Source: Planctomycetota bacterium (GTDB lineage Bacteria > Planctomycetota > UBA8108 > UBA1146 > JAJFFE01). Taken from it: a stretch of 64,000 bases of DNA. This document shows positions 1 through 9,388 of the stretch, one piece after another (position 1 is the first letter of the stretch; the number at the start of each line of letters is the position of its first letter). The position numbers and the translations under genes were made by a program. The notes below the pieces were generated by a model. That model searched no databases and had not been told where the DNA came from. It was given only the letters and a program-made list of their open reading frames with translations. The stretch spans positions 617-64,616 of the forward strand of contig JAJFFE010000316.1 of the NCBI GenBank assembly GCA_021776775.1, in the 5' to 3' direction.

Positions 1-20
1 CGCGAGCATCTCTCTGATTC

Positions 21-443
21 TCAGTCCGCCCAGCGCGCAGTGATCTCCTTTTCGCCTTCGATGGTTCGGTGTACCGGGCACTTGTTCGCGATTTCGAGGA
101 GCCGTGCGCGTTGGTCGTCGTCGAGGTCTCCCTCGACGGTGATGATCCGCTCAATGCGGTCCACGCGCCCTTGTTCACTCTCACATGACTCGCAGTCTTT
201 GGCGTGGATCTTCGAGTGTTCCAGCCGGACCGAGATCTTCTCGACCGGCCACTTCTTCCGATCGGCGTACATGCGAAGCGTCATCGAGGTACACGTGCCG
301 AGCGCCGCCAGCAGAAGATCGTACGGGGTGGGGCCGGTGTCGAGCCCGCCGACGTCGGCGGGTTCATCGGCGAAGAAGGTGTGGTTTCCGGTGAGGACCT
401 CCTGCTGAAATCCCTTGCCCGTCTCGTTGACTGTGACGCTCAT
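21..443 (-). CDS. OsmC family protein
   Basis: ADEP..GG.DTGPTPYDLLLAALGTCTSMT and ANKCPVHRT two-Cys OsmC motifs; ATG at 443 preceded by AGGA. Confidence 0.9.
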   Translation of the reverse strand: MSVTVNETGKGFQQEVLTGNHTFFADEPADVGGLDTGPTPYDLLLAALGTCTSMTLRMYADRKKWPVEKISVRLEHSKIHAKDCESCESEQGRVDRIERIITVEGDLDDDQRARLLEIANKCPVHRTIEGEKEITARWAD

Positions 444-586
444 GGTGGTTCCGTTCCTGAGGAATCTGGCCGCTCGATTTCGTAGCAGCATAGGACGAGC
501 GAGATCTTCGCGCTCGGCTCCTCCAGATTCCACTCCTCGTCACAGAGTTACGGTCAGGCGCGGGCGGATAAGCACGGCAGGATGAG

Positions 587-612
587 AGGAAGGCCCCGTG
601 AAGGGCCTTCCT
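587..612 (-). terminator. 10-bp hairpin downstream of the dockerin-like operon (possible terminator)
   Basis: AGGAAGGCCC-cgtgaa-GGGCCTTCCT perfect stem 36 nt after the stop at 649; U-tract weak. Confidence 0.5.
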
Positions 613-648
613 AAGTGTCACATGATCGGCTGGGTCTGAATCACCCGA

Positions 649-2508
649 TCACGGGCAGTTGTCGAACTCGTCGCATGGTAATCGATCGGGGTTGGGCTCG
701 ACGCCGCAGGCGGCGAATGGCGCGGAGGGATCAGCGCCGCCATCGAACAGGCCGGTGAGCGCGAAAATCGGATCTCCGATATCGAGTCCGCCGTCAGCGT
801 TGATGTCCGCGGCGGCCGCGCATGGTGGTTCCGCCCCGGATTCGAAAAGGTGAGAGAGTAGGTAGATCGTGTCTGCGATGTCGTAGAGGCCGTCGTTGTT
901 CGCGTCGCCGCGCCGGAAGGGGACTTGGCTCGCAGCGACGGGTGCCACCGGGTTCAGCTCAACGTTGCCGTCGATCTCGGCCGGGTCGAGTGCCACTCCC
1001 GCGGAAATGAAGATGTTGGTGACGAGAGGTGTTCCGAGCGTCTCGGTCCAGGTAAGCGCAGCGTCGACGCTGTCGGAGAACCCGATCAGTTCGGCGGCGT
1101 TGGTCTGGTAAGCGACGGATACCAAACTCGCGGGGGCGTCGATCGTGATGGTCTCCGCGCCGAGGAAGCTGTAGACGGTGCCGAGCGTGACGCCGTCGGC
1201 GAACAGCGTCGCTTCGAAGTAGTCTGGACCGACCCCGCCGGCAAGTGCGGCGAGCGCGTTGACCGCAACGACGTTGGTCGCCTGAAGCGCGGTCTCCGGG
1301 TGCGCGAGTCCGAAGGAGAATCCTTGGGTGATCGTCGCGCCGGAGGCGTCGGAGAACAGGAGGTCGACCGAGAAGTTCGCGGCACCGGTGGCCGGGTCGA
1401 CGTCGATCGAGTGGTTTCCGGCGTCCATCACGAGGTCGCTACTCGTGGGTGGGTCAATCGGGCCACCACCACCCCCGGAGCCGCTATGCGGCGGCACGCC
1501 GGGCGGATTCGAGTCTTGGCTGTTGATGGTGATGAGTCCGTTGACCAACTCCGGCACGATCGGCTCGAGATCTTCCACCAACAACGTGTCGGTTTCCGGT
1601 ATGCCGACCGTGTCGCAGAACGCAATCTCGACGGCGGATCCGACCGGACCGACCAGGGAATACTCGACATCGAGAATTTCGAGGTCGTCTCCGACGGGAA
1701 GCACCACGCCGGCGAGGAAGCTGACCAAACAAAGGTTGAGCACGCCGTCGGAGTACGCCTCGGCGATCCAGAAGTCTGGATTGAGCGCCACGGTGTCGGC
1801 ACCCATGTTGGCCGAGATCGGATACAGGTCGTTTTCGTCGCTACAAATCGACATCGACCAGCCTCGAACCAACGACCCGCCATTATCGAACAGGACGGTG
1901 ACGTCGGCGCGTTCGTCGGCGGCGAACGTCGGAAGTTCGAAGCTGTAGTCACCGCTCCCCGTCGGCGGTGGGTCAATCGGTGGGTGCGGGTTGGGGTCAG
2001 TCGCGACGATCGTGATCGAGCCTGCGGTCGTCGTGGGTGTGATGGACACCATCTCGACGACCACCCACGGCAGTACGACCGGGGTGCCGAGCGTGCAAAT
2101 GGTCAACGGGCTGACTTCACCGGGAGCTCCGAGCATCGAGTACTCGATGTCGAGAACCTCCAAGCCGAAACCGACCGGGAAGACCTCGACGCTCATGAAG
2201 TCGACGATCATGCCGTACGTGACTCCGCCGCCTTCGAGATCGATCACGACAAAGTCCGGGTTCACCGCGACGACGTCGCTTCCCGGTTCCGCGGTTACGG
2301 GAAGCACCAGGGATGGCGTGCTGCACACGCCCATGGAGAATCCCCCTACGTTGCCACCCAGATTATCGAACTGTATGGTCGCGACGACTCGTTCGTCGCC
2401 GTCGACGTTCGGTGCGTTGAACGTGTAGTCACTGCTCTGGCAAAAGACAGTATCTGCGACAAAGAGCGTGCACAGAAGCACCGCTATCGCACGGGTTGTT
2501 CTCAGCAT
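649..2508 (-). CDS. Secreted scaffold-like protein: three cohesin-like beta domains plus C-terminal dockerin-like domain
   Basis: Signal peptide; three ~140-160 aa related repeats (G[FW]S[MF][GS]...PD[FY]...G.[IV].[IL]) joined by Pro/Gly linkers (PIDPP twice); C-terminal FRRGDANNDG...D...AADINADG...D..CP. Confidence 0.75.
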   Translation of the reverse strand: MLRTTRAIAVLLCTLFVADTVFCQSSDYTFNAPNVDGDERVVATIQFDNLGGNVGGFSMGVCSTPSLVLPVTAEPGSDVVAVNPDFVVIDLEGGGVTYGMIVDFMSVEVFPVGFGLEVLDIEYSMLGAPGEVSPLTICTLGTPVVLPWVVVEMVSITPTTTAGSITIVATDPNPHPPIDPPPTGSGDYSFELPTFAADERADVTVLFDNGGSLVRGWSMSICSDENDLYPISANMGADTVALNPDFWIAEAYSDGVLNLCLVSFLAGVVLPVGDDLEILDVEYSLVGPVGSAVEIAFCDTVGIPETDTLLVEDLEPIVPELVNGLITINSQDSNPPGVPPHSGSGGGGGPIDPPTSSDLVMDAGNHSIDVDPATGAANFSVDLLFSDASGATITQGFSFGLAHPETALQATNVVAVNALAALAGGVGPDYFEATLFADGVTLGTVYSFLGAETITIDAPASLVSVAYQTNAAELIGFSDSVDAALTWTETLGTPLVTNIFISAGVALDPAEIDGNVELNPVAPVAASQVPFRRGDANNDGLYDIADTIYLLSHLFESGAEPPCAAAADINADGGLDIGDPIFALTGLFDGGADPSAPFAACGVEPNPDRLPCDEFDNCP

Positions 2509-2521
2509 TCGGTGCTCCTTT

Positions 2522-2884
2522 CTACGGGCAAGCTACATAGGAATCGCAGGAGGTGAGGTCGGCGGTCGGATCGTCACCGCAGCTACTCGGCGGCGGAATC
2601 GGCGGAGATCCGGCGGTGAACAGGTCGGCCAGGAGCACGATGGGGTCGGCGATGTTGACTTCGCCATCGTCATTGATATCGGCGGCGTCGAGGCAGGGGA
2701 GGTCTGACTGACCCGATAGGAAGACCAAGCACTCTATGACGTCTGCGATGTTGATCGCGCCATCGCCTCCGATGTCACCCCGGACGAAGTCGTCCGCTAG
2801 CGCTTGATTCGGAGCGATCGAGACGACGACCGCCAGAGCAAGAGTCGCAAGCGCGCCCCCTAGGCTCTTGGAGAATTTCGACAT
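2522..2884 (-). CDS. Small secreted protein consisting only of a dockerin-like domain
   Basis: GAGAGG SD before ATG 2884; signal peptide ending ALA-DD; remainder is FVRGDIGGDG...DAADINDDGEVNIAD...CP. Confidence 0.8.
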   Translation of the reverse strand: MSKFSKSLGGALATLALAVVVSIAPNQALADDFVRGDIGGDGAINIADVIECLVFLSGQSDLPCLDAADINDDGEVNIADPIVLLADLFTAGSPPIPPPSSCGDDPTADLTSCDSYVACP

Positions 2885-3000
2885 CGAGTTTCCTCTCACG
2901 AGCAAAATTTTCGTTCTGCGTCCCTGCAGAGCGTTCACACAGATGATCCCGTGCTCCGCCTCCCGGTGACGAAGAAGTGGAGATAGATTTACGTTTCGCA

Positions 3001-4401
3001 TCATGGCGCGCACGACGTTGCCGGGTAGTAGCAATAGGGGAGAGTGTCGTCGGTCGAGTCAGCCGTGCACGGGCCGAAGGGGCTGCCCGTCGAGAAGAGT
3101 CCGTCCAAGATTTGAATGACGTCTCCGATCCCCATCGTGCCGTCGTCGTCGAAGTCGGCGGCGTCTTGACAGGTGGGAGTAGCGTCGTCGCCGAAGAGTG
3201 CCCCGAGTAGCAGAATCGGATCGGCGAGGTCAATCACGCCGTCGCCCGTGGCATCTCCGCGCCGGAAGTTGGTGATCGACGGAGTCGAGGCGTTGACGAA
3301 CACTTGCAGACTATTGGCGACCGAGTTCGCGACCACGACATCCAGGGCTCCGTCGCTGTTGACGTCGATCGATGTGAGAGAGACGCAGTTCGATTCGGTC
3401 GAAAAGACGACGGCGGCATCGAACCCACCAGAAAGGTCCCCTTCGTTGAACGACAACTCGTCACTGCCCGCGTTGACTGCCGCGACATCGATAGCGCCGT
3501 TCAAAGTGAAATCCGCGAGCAGGGTCGCTCGGGGTTGTTGACCCGCGGTCAGCGATACCGATGGAGCGAACCCTCCACCGGGCGTGGCGAGCATGAACGT
3601 AATGATGTCTTGGTTCGGGCAGGGAATGACCAGGTCCAAGAGGCCGTCTTGATTCAGGTCGTGCGTCGAGATGAACCAGATTGAATCGTCGATGCCGAGG
3701 TTGAACGGAACGATGGTCGGGAAGCCGCCGGTGCCGTCGCCGTGAAGCAAGCCGAAGGTGCTGTCCGTCGAGTTGCTGACCACGAGGTCGAGGTGGCTAT
3801 CGCCAGTGAACTCTCCGGACACCACGAACACCGGCGTCGTCAGGAACGCCAAGCCGAGGCTCGCCGAAAACGTGCCGTCCCCGTTTCCGTAGAACACTCG
3901 GAGCAAGTCGTCGCCGTGCGCCGTCACCGCGAGGTCGACCGAGCCGTCTTCGTTCAGGTCAGCGGTTGCCAAAGACGTTGGCGCGTTCCCGCATGGTATC
4001 GGTGTCTGTGGGATGAACGTCCCGTCGCCAACCCCGAGCAGCACCGTGAAGGACGCGTCGAAGATGTTGGCTGCGATCAGGTCGAGTACGGCGTCGTTGT
4101 TGACATCGTCGACGACCAAGAAGAACGGCGAGCCCGTGGCATACTCGACCATCGGCCCGAATCCACCGGTCCCGTCTCCCAGCGTGATCACTACGGAGGA
4201 GCCGAGGGTGCTCGCGATGGCAAGGTCCACGTGGCCGTCTCCGTCGAAGTCTCCCGAGACGACGCTTTGCGGAGTCTCCACACTTAGTGCTGCCGATTCC
4301 GCGAACTCGACGTCTCCGTGGCTCACGCCCGTCAAGCTTGCGAGTAACAGCGCCACGACCAGCACACGGCGACAGCTGTCGCGTATGGCTTTCGTTCTCA
4401 T
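3001..4401 (-). CDS. FG-GAP/VCBS repeat protein with C-terminal dockerin-like domain
   Basis: About seven DxxxDGxxD[LV] repeats (DFDGDGHVDL, DVNNDAVLDL, DLNEDGSVDL, DLNQDGLLDL, DVNSDGALDV); signal peptide; FRRGDATGDG tail; GAGGAG SD. Confidence 0.85.
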   Translation of the reverse strand: MRTKAIRDSCRRVLVVALLLASLTGVSHGDVEFAESAALSVETPQSVVSGDFDGDGHVDLAIASTLGSSVVITLGDGTGGFGPMVEYATGSPFFLVVDDVNNDAVLDLIAANIFDASFTVLLGVGDGTFIPQTPIPCGNAPTSLATADLNEDGSVDLAVTAHGDDLLRVFYGNGDGTFSASLGLAFLTTPVFVVSGEFTGDSHLDLVVSNSTDSTFGLLHGDGTGGFPTIVPFNLGIDDSIWFISTHDLNQDGLLDLVIPCPNQDIITFMLATPGGGFAPSVSLTAGQQPRATLLADFTLNGAIDVAAVNAGSDELSFNEGDLSGGFDAAVVFSTESNCVSLTSIDVNSDGALDVVVANSVANSLQVFVNASTPSITNFRRGDATGDGVIDLADPILLLGALFGDDATPTCQDAADFDDDGTMGIGDVIQILDGLFSTGSPFGPCTADSTDDTLPYCYYPATSCAP

Positions 4402-7289
4402 CGTTTCTCCTCCTCGTTCCCCGTTGTTGTCAGATTCAAAGAACGGTCGTCATAGTTGACCTGCAGGGTTGCGATAACACTGAGTTGGTTGGCCGGAGCG
4501 ACACTGACTTGTGCCCGTTCGCCACGCGGCCCGTCTCGCAGCGATACGGAGTAGTTGCCCGTTCCGAGGAAGTCGAATGTGACCTCTCCTTGGTCATCCG
4601 TTCGACCCAGATACACCGCGTCTGCGATATCCCACACTTCGGGGGTGATCCAGAGGTCGCGATGACCCAACGGCACTCCCGTCGTGTTGCTGATCCGGAG
4701 GGTGCGAGCGACGCGGGGTTCGAGCACGATTGGAATCGTGTCCGAGGCCGTCCACACGTAGAACGCGGCGGCATACTCTCGTGTGTAGACCATTCCGCGC
4801 GCGCCGAGGATCGCGGATCCGTCGTGAATCTTGCGCGGCCATCCGTCGAGGCCACCGAAGACAATGACCTCTTCGGTCGTCGGGTAGTCGCGGGGCAGCA
4901 GCACCAAGTTGCTGAGCGTGCGAATCGGTTGTCCGGTCGTGGATCGGAAATCCAACCGTCCGATGCGGTGAGTCGACGTGCGATCGACCACGAGGTCGAG
5001 GGTGTCGCCGACTTTGGCTCGGCACGTGTTTCTGGAGCCGAGGAACCCGAACCGGGGAACGTCGGCGTTGTTTGAGCGGATGAGATCGAACGGTCGCTCG
5101 ACCGCGAGCAGCAGTCCATGCGTGGCGCGCGTGCTTTCGTCACCGCGACTGGAAGTCTCGGCCAGGGCGCCCCAGCGTAGATCGTTGCGAGTCGCACGGA
5201 CCGGGGGGAGTTGACCGAACCCACCGAGTTCGAACCGCCCCTCGGCGTCGGTCGTGATGGACGGCCCCCAAAGTTCATCACCGAGAATGGACCCGATTTG
5301 CAGCGCCACGTCGGCGACCGGGGCGCCCGATCGATCGCGGACCGTGCCTCGGATGAACTCGCCGGCTCGCATTTCAACATCCGCGCGACGCGTTTCGTGG
5401 GCGACGAGATCCGAGATCGCGAACTCATCGCAGCGGTACTCGGCGTGCCAACCGGTGAGGAGGTAGTCGCCTTCCGCCACGCCCGTGAAGCGGTAGAGAC
5501 CGTCGTTATCGCTGGTCGCTTCGGGGAGGTCTCGCGCGAAGAACGTCCCCGTCTGTGGAATCAGGCGCATGCGAAGTCCCGCGAGCGCGGCGCCGTCCGG
5601 CGAAGTCGCGCGCCCTTCGACCACCGCGCCGTCGTCGAGCACGATGAGCGTTTGGTCCGTTGCCTTCAGCGCGCTCTGTGTCGTCGGGTGGTGGGGGTGG
5701 CGTACCGTGACTGCTACCGGCTCGTTTTCGGTGACGGCCAACAGGGTAACGATCCCTTCTTCGTCGCTGTGCGTCGTGAGGGGTGTTCCACGCCACTGCT
5801 TCGTTCGCATTTCGACGACGGCGCCGACCACCGGGACGCCGCGTTCGTCGACCACCGTGCAGTCCCAGGACTCTCCGCGTCGTAGTCGAACCGTGGACGA
5901 CGGTGCTCTTGCGACATCGCTTGCGGCCGCGCACCCATCCGTCTGAATGGAGTAGAAGACGGCGTTCGACTCCCACGAGAATTGCACCCGGCCGTCACGA
6001 TCTGAAACGAGAGTCTCGTACGTTCCCGACGCCGACGGTCCAACCGTGACGGGGACGCGAGCGAGTGGCCGGTCTTGCTCGTCGAGCACTTCGATCGAGC
6101 ACGTCATCGCTGGGTCGAGAACGATCACATACGGAGACGCGTCGGTCGTCCGCGATCGGCACGGCTCGCGATACTCTTGGAATCCCGTCGCTCTCACCGC
6201 AAGTCGCGCCGATGCAAACTCGGTCACGTCGACGGCGATGTATCCGTCCTCGTCGGTGACGCCGACGACTGCCGAAGCGAACGGCTGAGACAGAATGGAA
6301 GGAGCGTCGCGACCTCCGGAGGTGAGCGCGGAGACCATTCGCAGTTGTCCCGTCGAGACCGTGGCTCCGCGAATCGGCGTGCCCCCGATCGCGTTGAGCA
6401 CGCGGACTTGCTGTGTGCTTGCGGACGGCACCAGGGAGTTTGTCGCGACACCTTGTTCGGTCAGGTCGCGGGTAGACCTCGAGGCGTGATCACTGCCGCG
6501 AGTCGCGGTCGCACCCAAACCGTTGCCGGTAGACGTCGGCTGATTCGCAGCCGTCGGGTCCATCACGGTCGGTGAACCGCCGGGCGTGCCGTCCCAGAAA
6601 AGCCACACCAGAACGGCCAACGTCAACAGCGTGAGCGCGATCACTTTGCCTCGGCTGCGCATGGCTCGGTGATCCGTCGCGCGCGCCGTCGATGAACTTC
6701 CAGAGTCCCACGGAGCCGACTCGCGAAGCTGGTCGAGTAGTACCGGTTCTATCCCCGGCCCGACGCCGCCGAGCAGAATCAAGAACGCGAGTCGACGATC
6801 TCCATCTTCGCTCGTGAACTTCTCGCGCAATAGCGCGAGGCCACGCTTGATCTGCACCCGAACCGTGTTCGTCGCAACGCCGCGAATCTCGCCGATCTCC
6901 GCGGCGGTGTGCCCCCCGTAGAAGTGGAGCGTCACGACGCTTCGATACGGCTCGCGCAGGCTTAGTACATCTTGCGTCAGCGTCTTGCGCAGTTCGCGCG
7001 CTTCACACGGATCGTCGCCAGGGTCGATGGCTTCCGGGCGCGCGGTCGCTTGTTCGCGGTTTCGGCGACGCCCGCTCTCCCGAAACGATCGTCGCGCAAA
7101 GTTGCGCAGTACCGTGGACAGCCACGATGTCAGTTTTTCGCGCTGTTCGGGGGGCTTGCCGAGGGCGGCGACGTAGGTCATCTGCACAATGTCGTCGGCG
7201 GCACTCTCGTCGCGAACCAAGCTGCGGGCCAGTTTCTGCAGCCAGTCGGAGTGAGAGATCAGCTCTTGTTCGAGCATGTCCGGTGGCAT
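4398..7289 (-). CDS. ECF sigma-70 factor fused to a TM helix and extracytoplasmic carboxypeptidase-regulatory-like/Cna-B repeats
   Basis: sigma2 (LARSLVRDESAADDIVQ...WL..VLRN) and sigma4 (LREPYRSVVTLHFYGG..AEIGE...TVRVQIKRG); TM VIALTLLTLAVLVWLFW; repeated V.D..G.P[VI].G..V...T..DG.[FY] motifs. Confidence 0.85.
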   Translation of the reverse strand: MPPDMLEQELISHSDWLQKLARSLVRDESAADDIVQMTYVAALGKPPEQREKLTSWLSTVLRNFARRSFRESGRRRNREQATARPEAIDPGDDPCEARELRKTLTQDVLSLREPYRSVVTLHFYGGHTAAEIGEIRGVATNTVRVQIKRGLALLREKFTSEDGDRRLAFLILLGGVGPGIEPVLLDQLRESAPWDSGSSSTARATDHRAMRSRGKVIALTLLTLAVLVWLFWDGTPGGSPTVMDPTAANQPTSTGNGLGATATRGSDHASRSTRDLTEQGVATNSLVPSASTQQVRVLNAIGGTPIRGATVSTGQLRMVSALTSGGRDAPSILSQPFASAVVGVTDEDGYIAVDVTEFASARLAVRATGFQEYREPCRSRTTDASPYVIVLDPAMTCSIEVLDEQDRPLARVPVTVGPSASGTYETLVSDRDGRVQFSWESNAVFYSIQTDGCAAASDVARAPSSTVRLRRGESWDCTVVDERGVPVVGAVVEMRTKQWRGTPLTTHSDEEGIVTLLAVTENEPVAVTVRHPHHPTTQSALKATDQTLIVLDDGAVVEGRATSPDGAALAGLRMRLIPQTGTFFARDLPEATSDNDGLYRFTGVAEGDYLLTGWHAEYRCDEFAISDLVAHETRRADVEMRAGEFIRGTVRDRSGAPVADVALQIGSILGDELWGPSITTDAEGRFELGGFGQLPPVRATRNDLRWGALAETSSRGDESTRATHGLLLAVERPFDLIRSNNADVPRFGFLGSRNTCRAKVGDTLDLVVDRTSTHRIGRLDFRSTTGQPIRTLSNLVLLPRDYPTTEEVIVFGGLDGWPRKIHDGSAILGARGMVYTREYAAAFYVWTASDTIPIVLEPRVARTLRISNTTGVPLGHRDLWITPEVWDIADAVYLGRTDDQGEVTFDFLGTGNYSVSLRDGPRGERAQVSVAPANQLSVIATLQVNYDDRSLNLTTTGNEEEKR

Positions 7290-7671
7290 TGAAGAAGCCC
7301 CTCACCCATGGCCAGTCCCACGCGAGACCGGCAGAGAACTCGCCTGCACAACGCGTCGGTACGACGTTGTGAAGACGCAGGTTACGACAGTCCGAATGTA
7401 GCCCCAAAACGACGCTGCGCAATCGACTTGGCGGGACCTCGCCGCCGAAGCCCTCGGGGCGCGATCCGTTGGGCTCACCCGACTTGCGACTCCCATCGCC
7501 CGTCAACGTACCACGCGGCGAGAGGAACCCGAGTCGGCCAGGCCTATTGAGCGACATCCCGTGACTGAGAGAGGCGTGACAATAAACTGGGAAAACTTTC
7601 CCCGGCCAGTGATTCTCGCCTCGGTAGGATCCACGCCTGGCAGACCTTTCAACTTTCACTGAGGAGCCCCC

Positions 7672-7839
7672 ATGTCCCCGACTGAAACGGCCATCCCGCA
7701 AAAAGAGTTCGACCGTATCGCCGCGATGATCCACAGCGACGCGAGTCCGGTCGGCATCGACGCCAAGACCACCCACGTGATCATCATCCACAAGCTCGAG
7801 TCCATCGAGCGCCGTCTCACCGAACTCGAAGCTCGTTGA
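7672..7839 (+). CDS. Small hypothetical protein (55 aa), not in the ORF track
   Basis: GAGGAG SD at 7661-7666; MSPTETAIPQKEFDRIAAMIHSDASPVGIDAKTTHVIIIHKLESIERRLTELEAR*; strongly GC3-biased codons. Confidence 0.7.
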   Translation: MSPTETAIPQKEFDRIAAMIHSDASPVGIDAKTTHVIIIHKLESIERRLTELEAR

Positions 7840-7905
7840 ACTCCGTCAAGTCCCCCGTGAGCGGACTCGTCCGGGCGGGCGTCTTGGCAGTATCCTGAGT
7901 GTCCC

Positions 7906-8496
7906 ATGACTGAGCACGACGATAGTGACGAACGAGTGCGAACCGTAACTCGCCTTCTCGGCGCCTTGGACGACATCCCCGGGGAACCGTCGGAGGCGTT
8001 GCTGCCCATCGTGTACGAAGAGCTTCGCGCTATCGCACGCCGTCGCATGGTGGAAGAGCCGGCCGGGCACACCCTGCAAGGGACCGCACTGGTCCACGAA
8101 GCGTTTCTTCGTCTCGTCAAAGACGAAGGAGCCCGCTGGCAGAATCGTCGCCACTTCTTCGCCGCGGCCGCAGAGGCGATGCGCCGCATCCTGATCGAGC
8201 GCGCGCGCCGCGTTTCGCGGGTGAAGCGCGGAGTTGACCGACGCCGCGTGGACATCGATGAGATCGAGGTCACGGCCGAACCGCAGAGCCACAGCCTTCT
8301 CGATCTAGATGAAGCGCTGATCGAGTTCGAGTCACGCTTCCCCGACAAGGCGAAGATCGTCAAACTGCGCTACTTCGCAGGGCTGACCGCCGCGGAAACA
8401 GCAGACGTCATCGGTGTTGCGGAGATCACCGTGCACAAGCAGTGGCGCTTCGCGCGCGCGTGGTTGCTGCGCTTCCTCGGCGGCGCTGCTCAATAG
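7906..8496 (+). CDS. ECF sigma factor, TIGR02999-like (Ser/Thr kinase-associated)
   Basis: LLPIVYEELRAIA...GHTLQGTALVHEAFLRL...RHFFAAAAEAMRRILIE...VKLRYFAGL...W.FARAWL signature. Confidence 0.9.
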   Translation: MTEHDDSDERVRTVTRLLGALDDIPGEPSEALLPIVYEELRAIARRRMVEEPAGHTLQGTALVHEAFLRLVKDEGARWQNRRHFFAAAAEAMRRILIERARRVSRVKRGVDRRRVDIDEIEVTAEPQSHSLLDLDEALIEFESRFPDKAKIVKLRYFAGLTAAETADVIGVAEITVHKQWRFARAWLLRFLGGAAQ

Positions 8497-8699
8497 CGCG
8501 ATCCCGGCGATGCTGAATCTCGGTTTCACGCTACCAACTCTGGCGGGCTTCCACGCCGGTCAGCTCCGGGTCGTTGCCCGCGTAGAACGTTCGCGGACCA
8601 CGTGCCAATTCCAGCCAGCGTGCAATGGCGTGACCCGGACTATCGGGTGAACCCGTGGGGGGCGCGGAGAACGTGGGTCGGGTAACGCAACGATCCGAG

Positions 8700-9060
8700 A
8701 TCGCGGGCCAGGGCGGACCGCTGATCCCGCTTCGATTGCCTTCGGCTCAGCGGGGCGGTCCTTAGGGCTTGTCGCACCCGCCACCGCTGAGATCGGGTCA
8801 GAGTTCGACCTTCGAGTCGTAATGGACAACGACGCGTACCCGGCAGGAACGGGGACCGTCGATCACAACGTCCGCGCGCTCACGTTCGGATTGAGCGCGG
8901 ATTGTGACTACGACACGCTGCTTGGGACCCTACCGGAGAATCCTGGCGAGATAGGGTCCGGAGTTGCGTTCTCGGACGGGGCGGGGGCCCATCTCGCAGT
9001 GTTTTGGTACGGTCGATACTCACGGCCCGGAAGGGATACCGAGCCCGAGCAGAGGAGTAT
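8700..9060 (+). pseudogene. Possible degraded fragment of a cohesin-like domain gene
   Basis: Frame reads APATAEIGSEFDLRVVMDND...VRALTFGLS, similar to the cohesin-like repeats at 649-2508; no signal peptide, upstream in-frame TGA at 8648-8650, downstream sequence not protein-like. Confidence 0.25.
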
Positions 9061-9388
9061 CGCGACCGCCAAACCTCGTCCGGATCCGGACGAGGTGGCC
9101 CATCCGCATCTCCGACAGGGATCACATAGCCCCCAGCAACATCCACATATCCCAACCAACCCGCAACGGAGTCGGGCCCACGCGCTGCCCTTCGCCCGGA
9201 ACAGACTCGTTTACGCCCCGATGCACCGTCACTCGTTCTTCCCCGAGCTTGTTCGCCAATCCGCTCCCCGGCGTCCGACCTCACTCGCGTGCCTCATAGT
9301 CGGTGGCGAGCCATCGACTCGACTATCGCCAACCCACTGGTGTTCGAGCCACGCCACGATGCGCTCGTCTTCTTCGTAGTTGCTCGCG

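Noticed and set aside
925-2556. 543-aa plus-strand ORF, and similar long antisense ORFs (10733-11782, 16833-18221, 34977-36320, 56926-58212, 61364-63376)
   Set aside because: Shadow ORFs opposite well-supported genes; expected in high-GC DNA and lacking protein motifs
8648-8650. In-frame TGA as selenocysteine or readthrough
   Set aside because: No redox-motif context, no clear SECIS-like hairpin, and flanking translation is poorly protein-like
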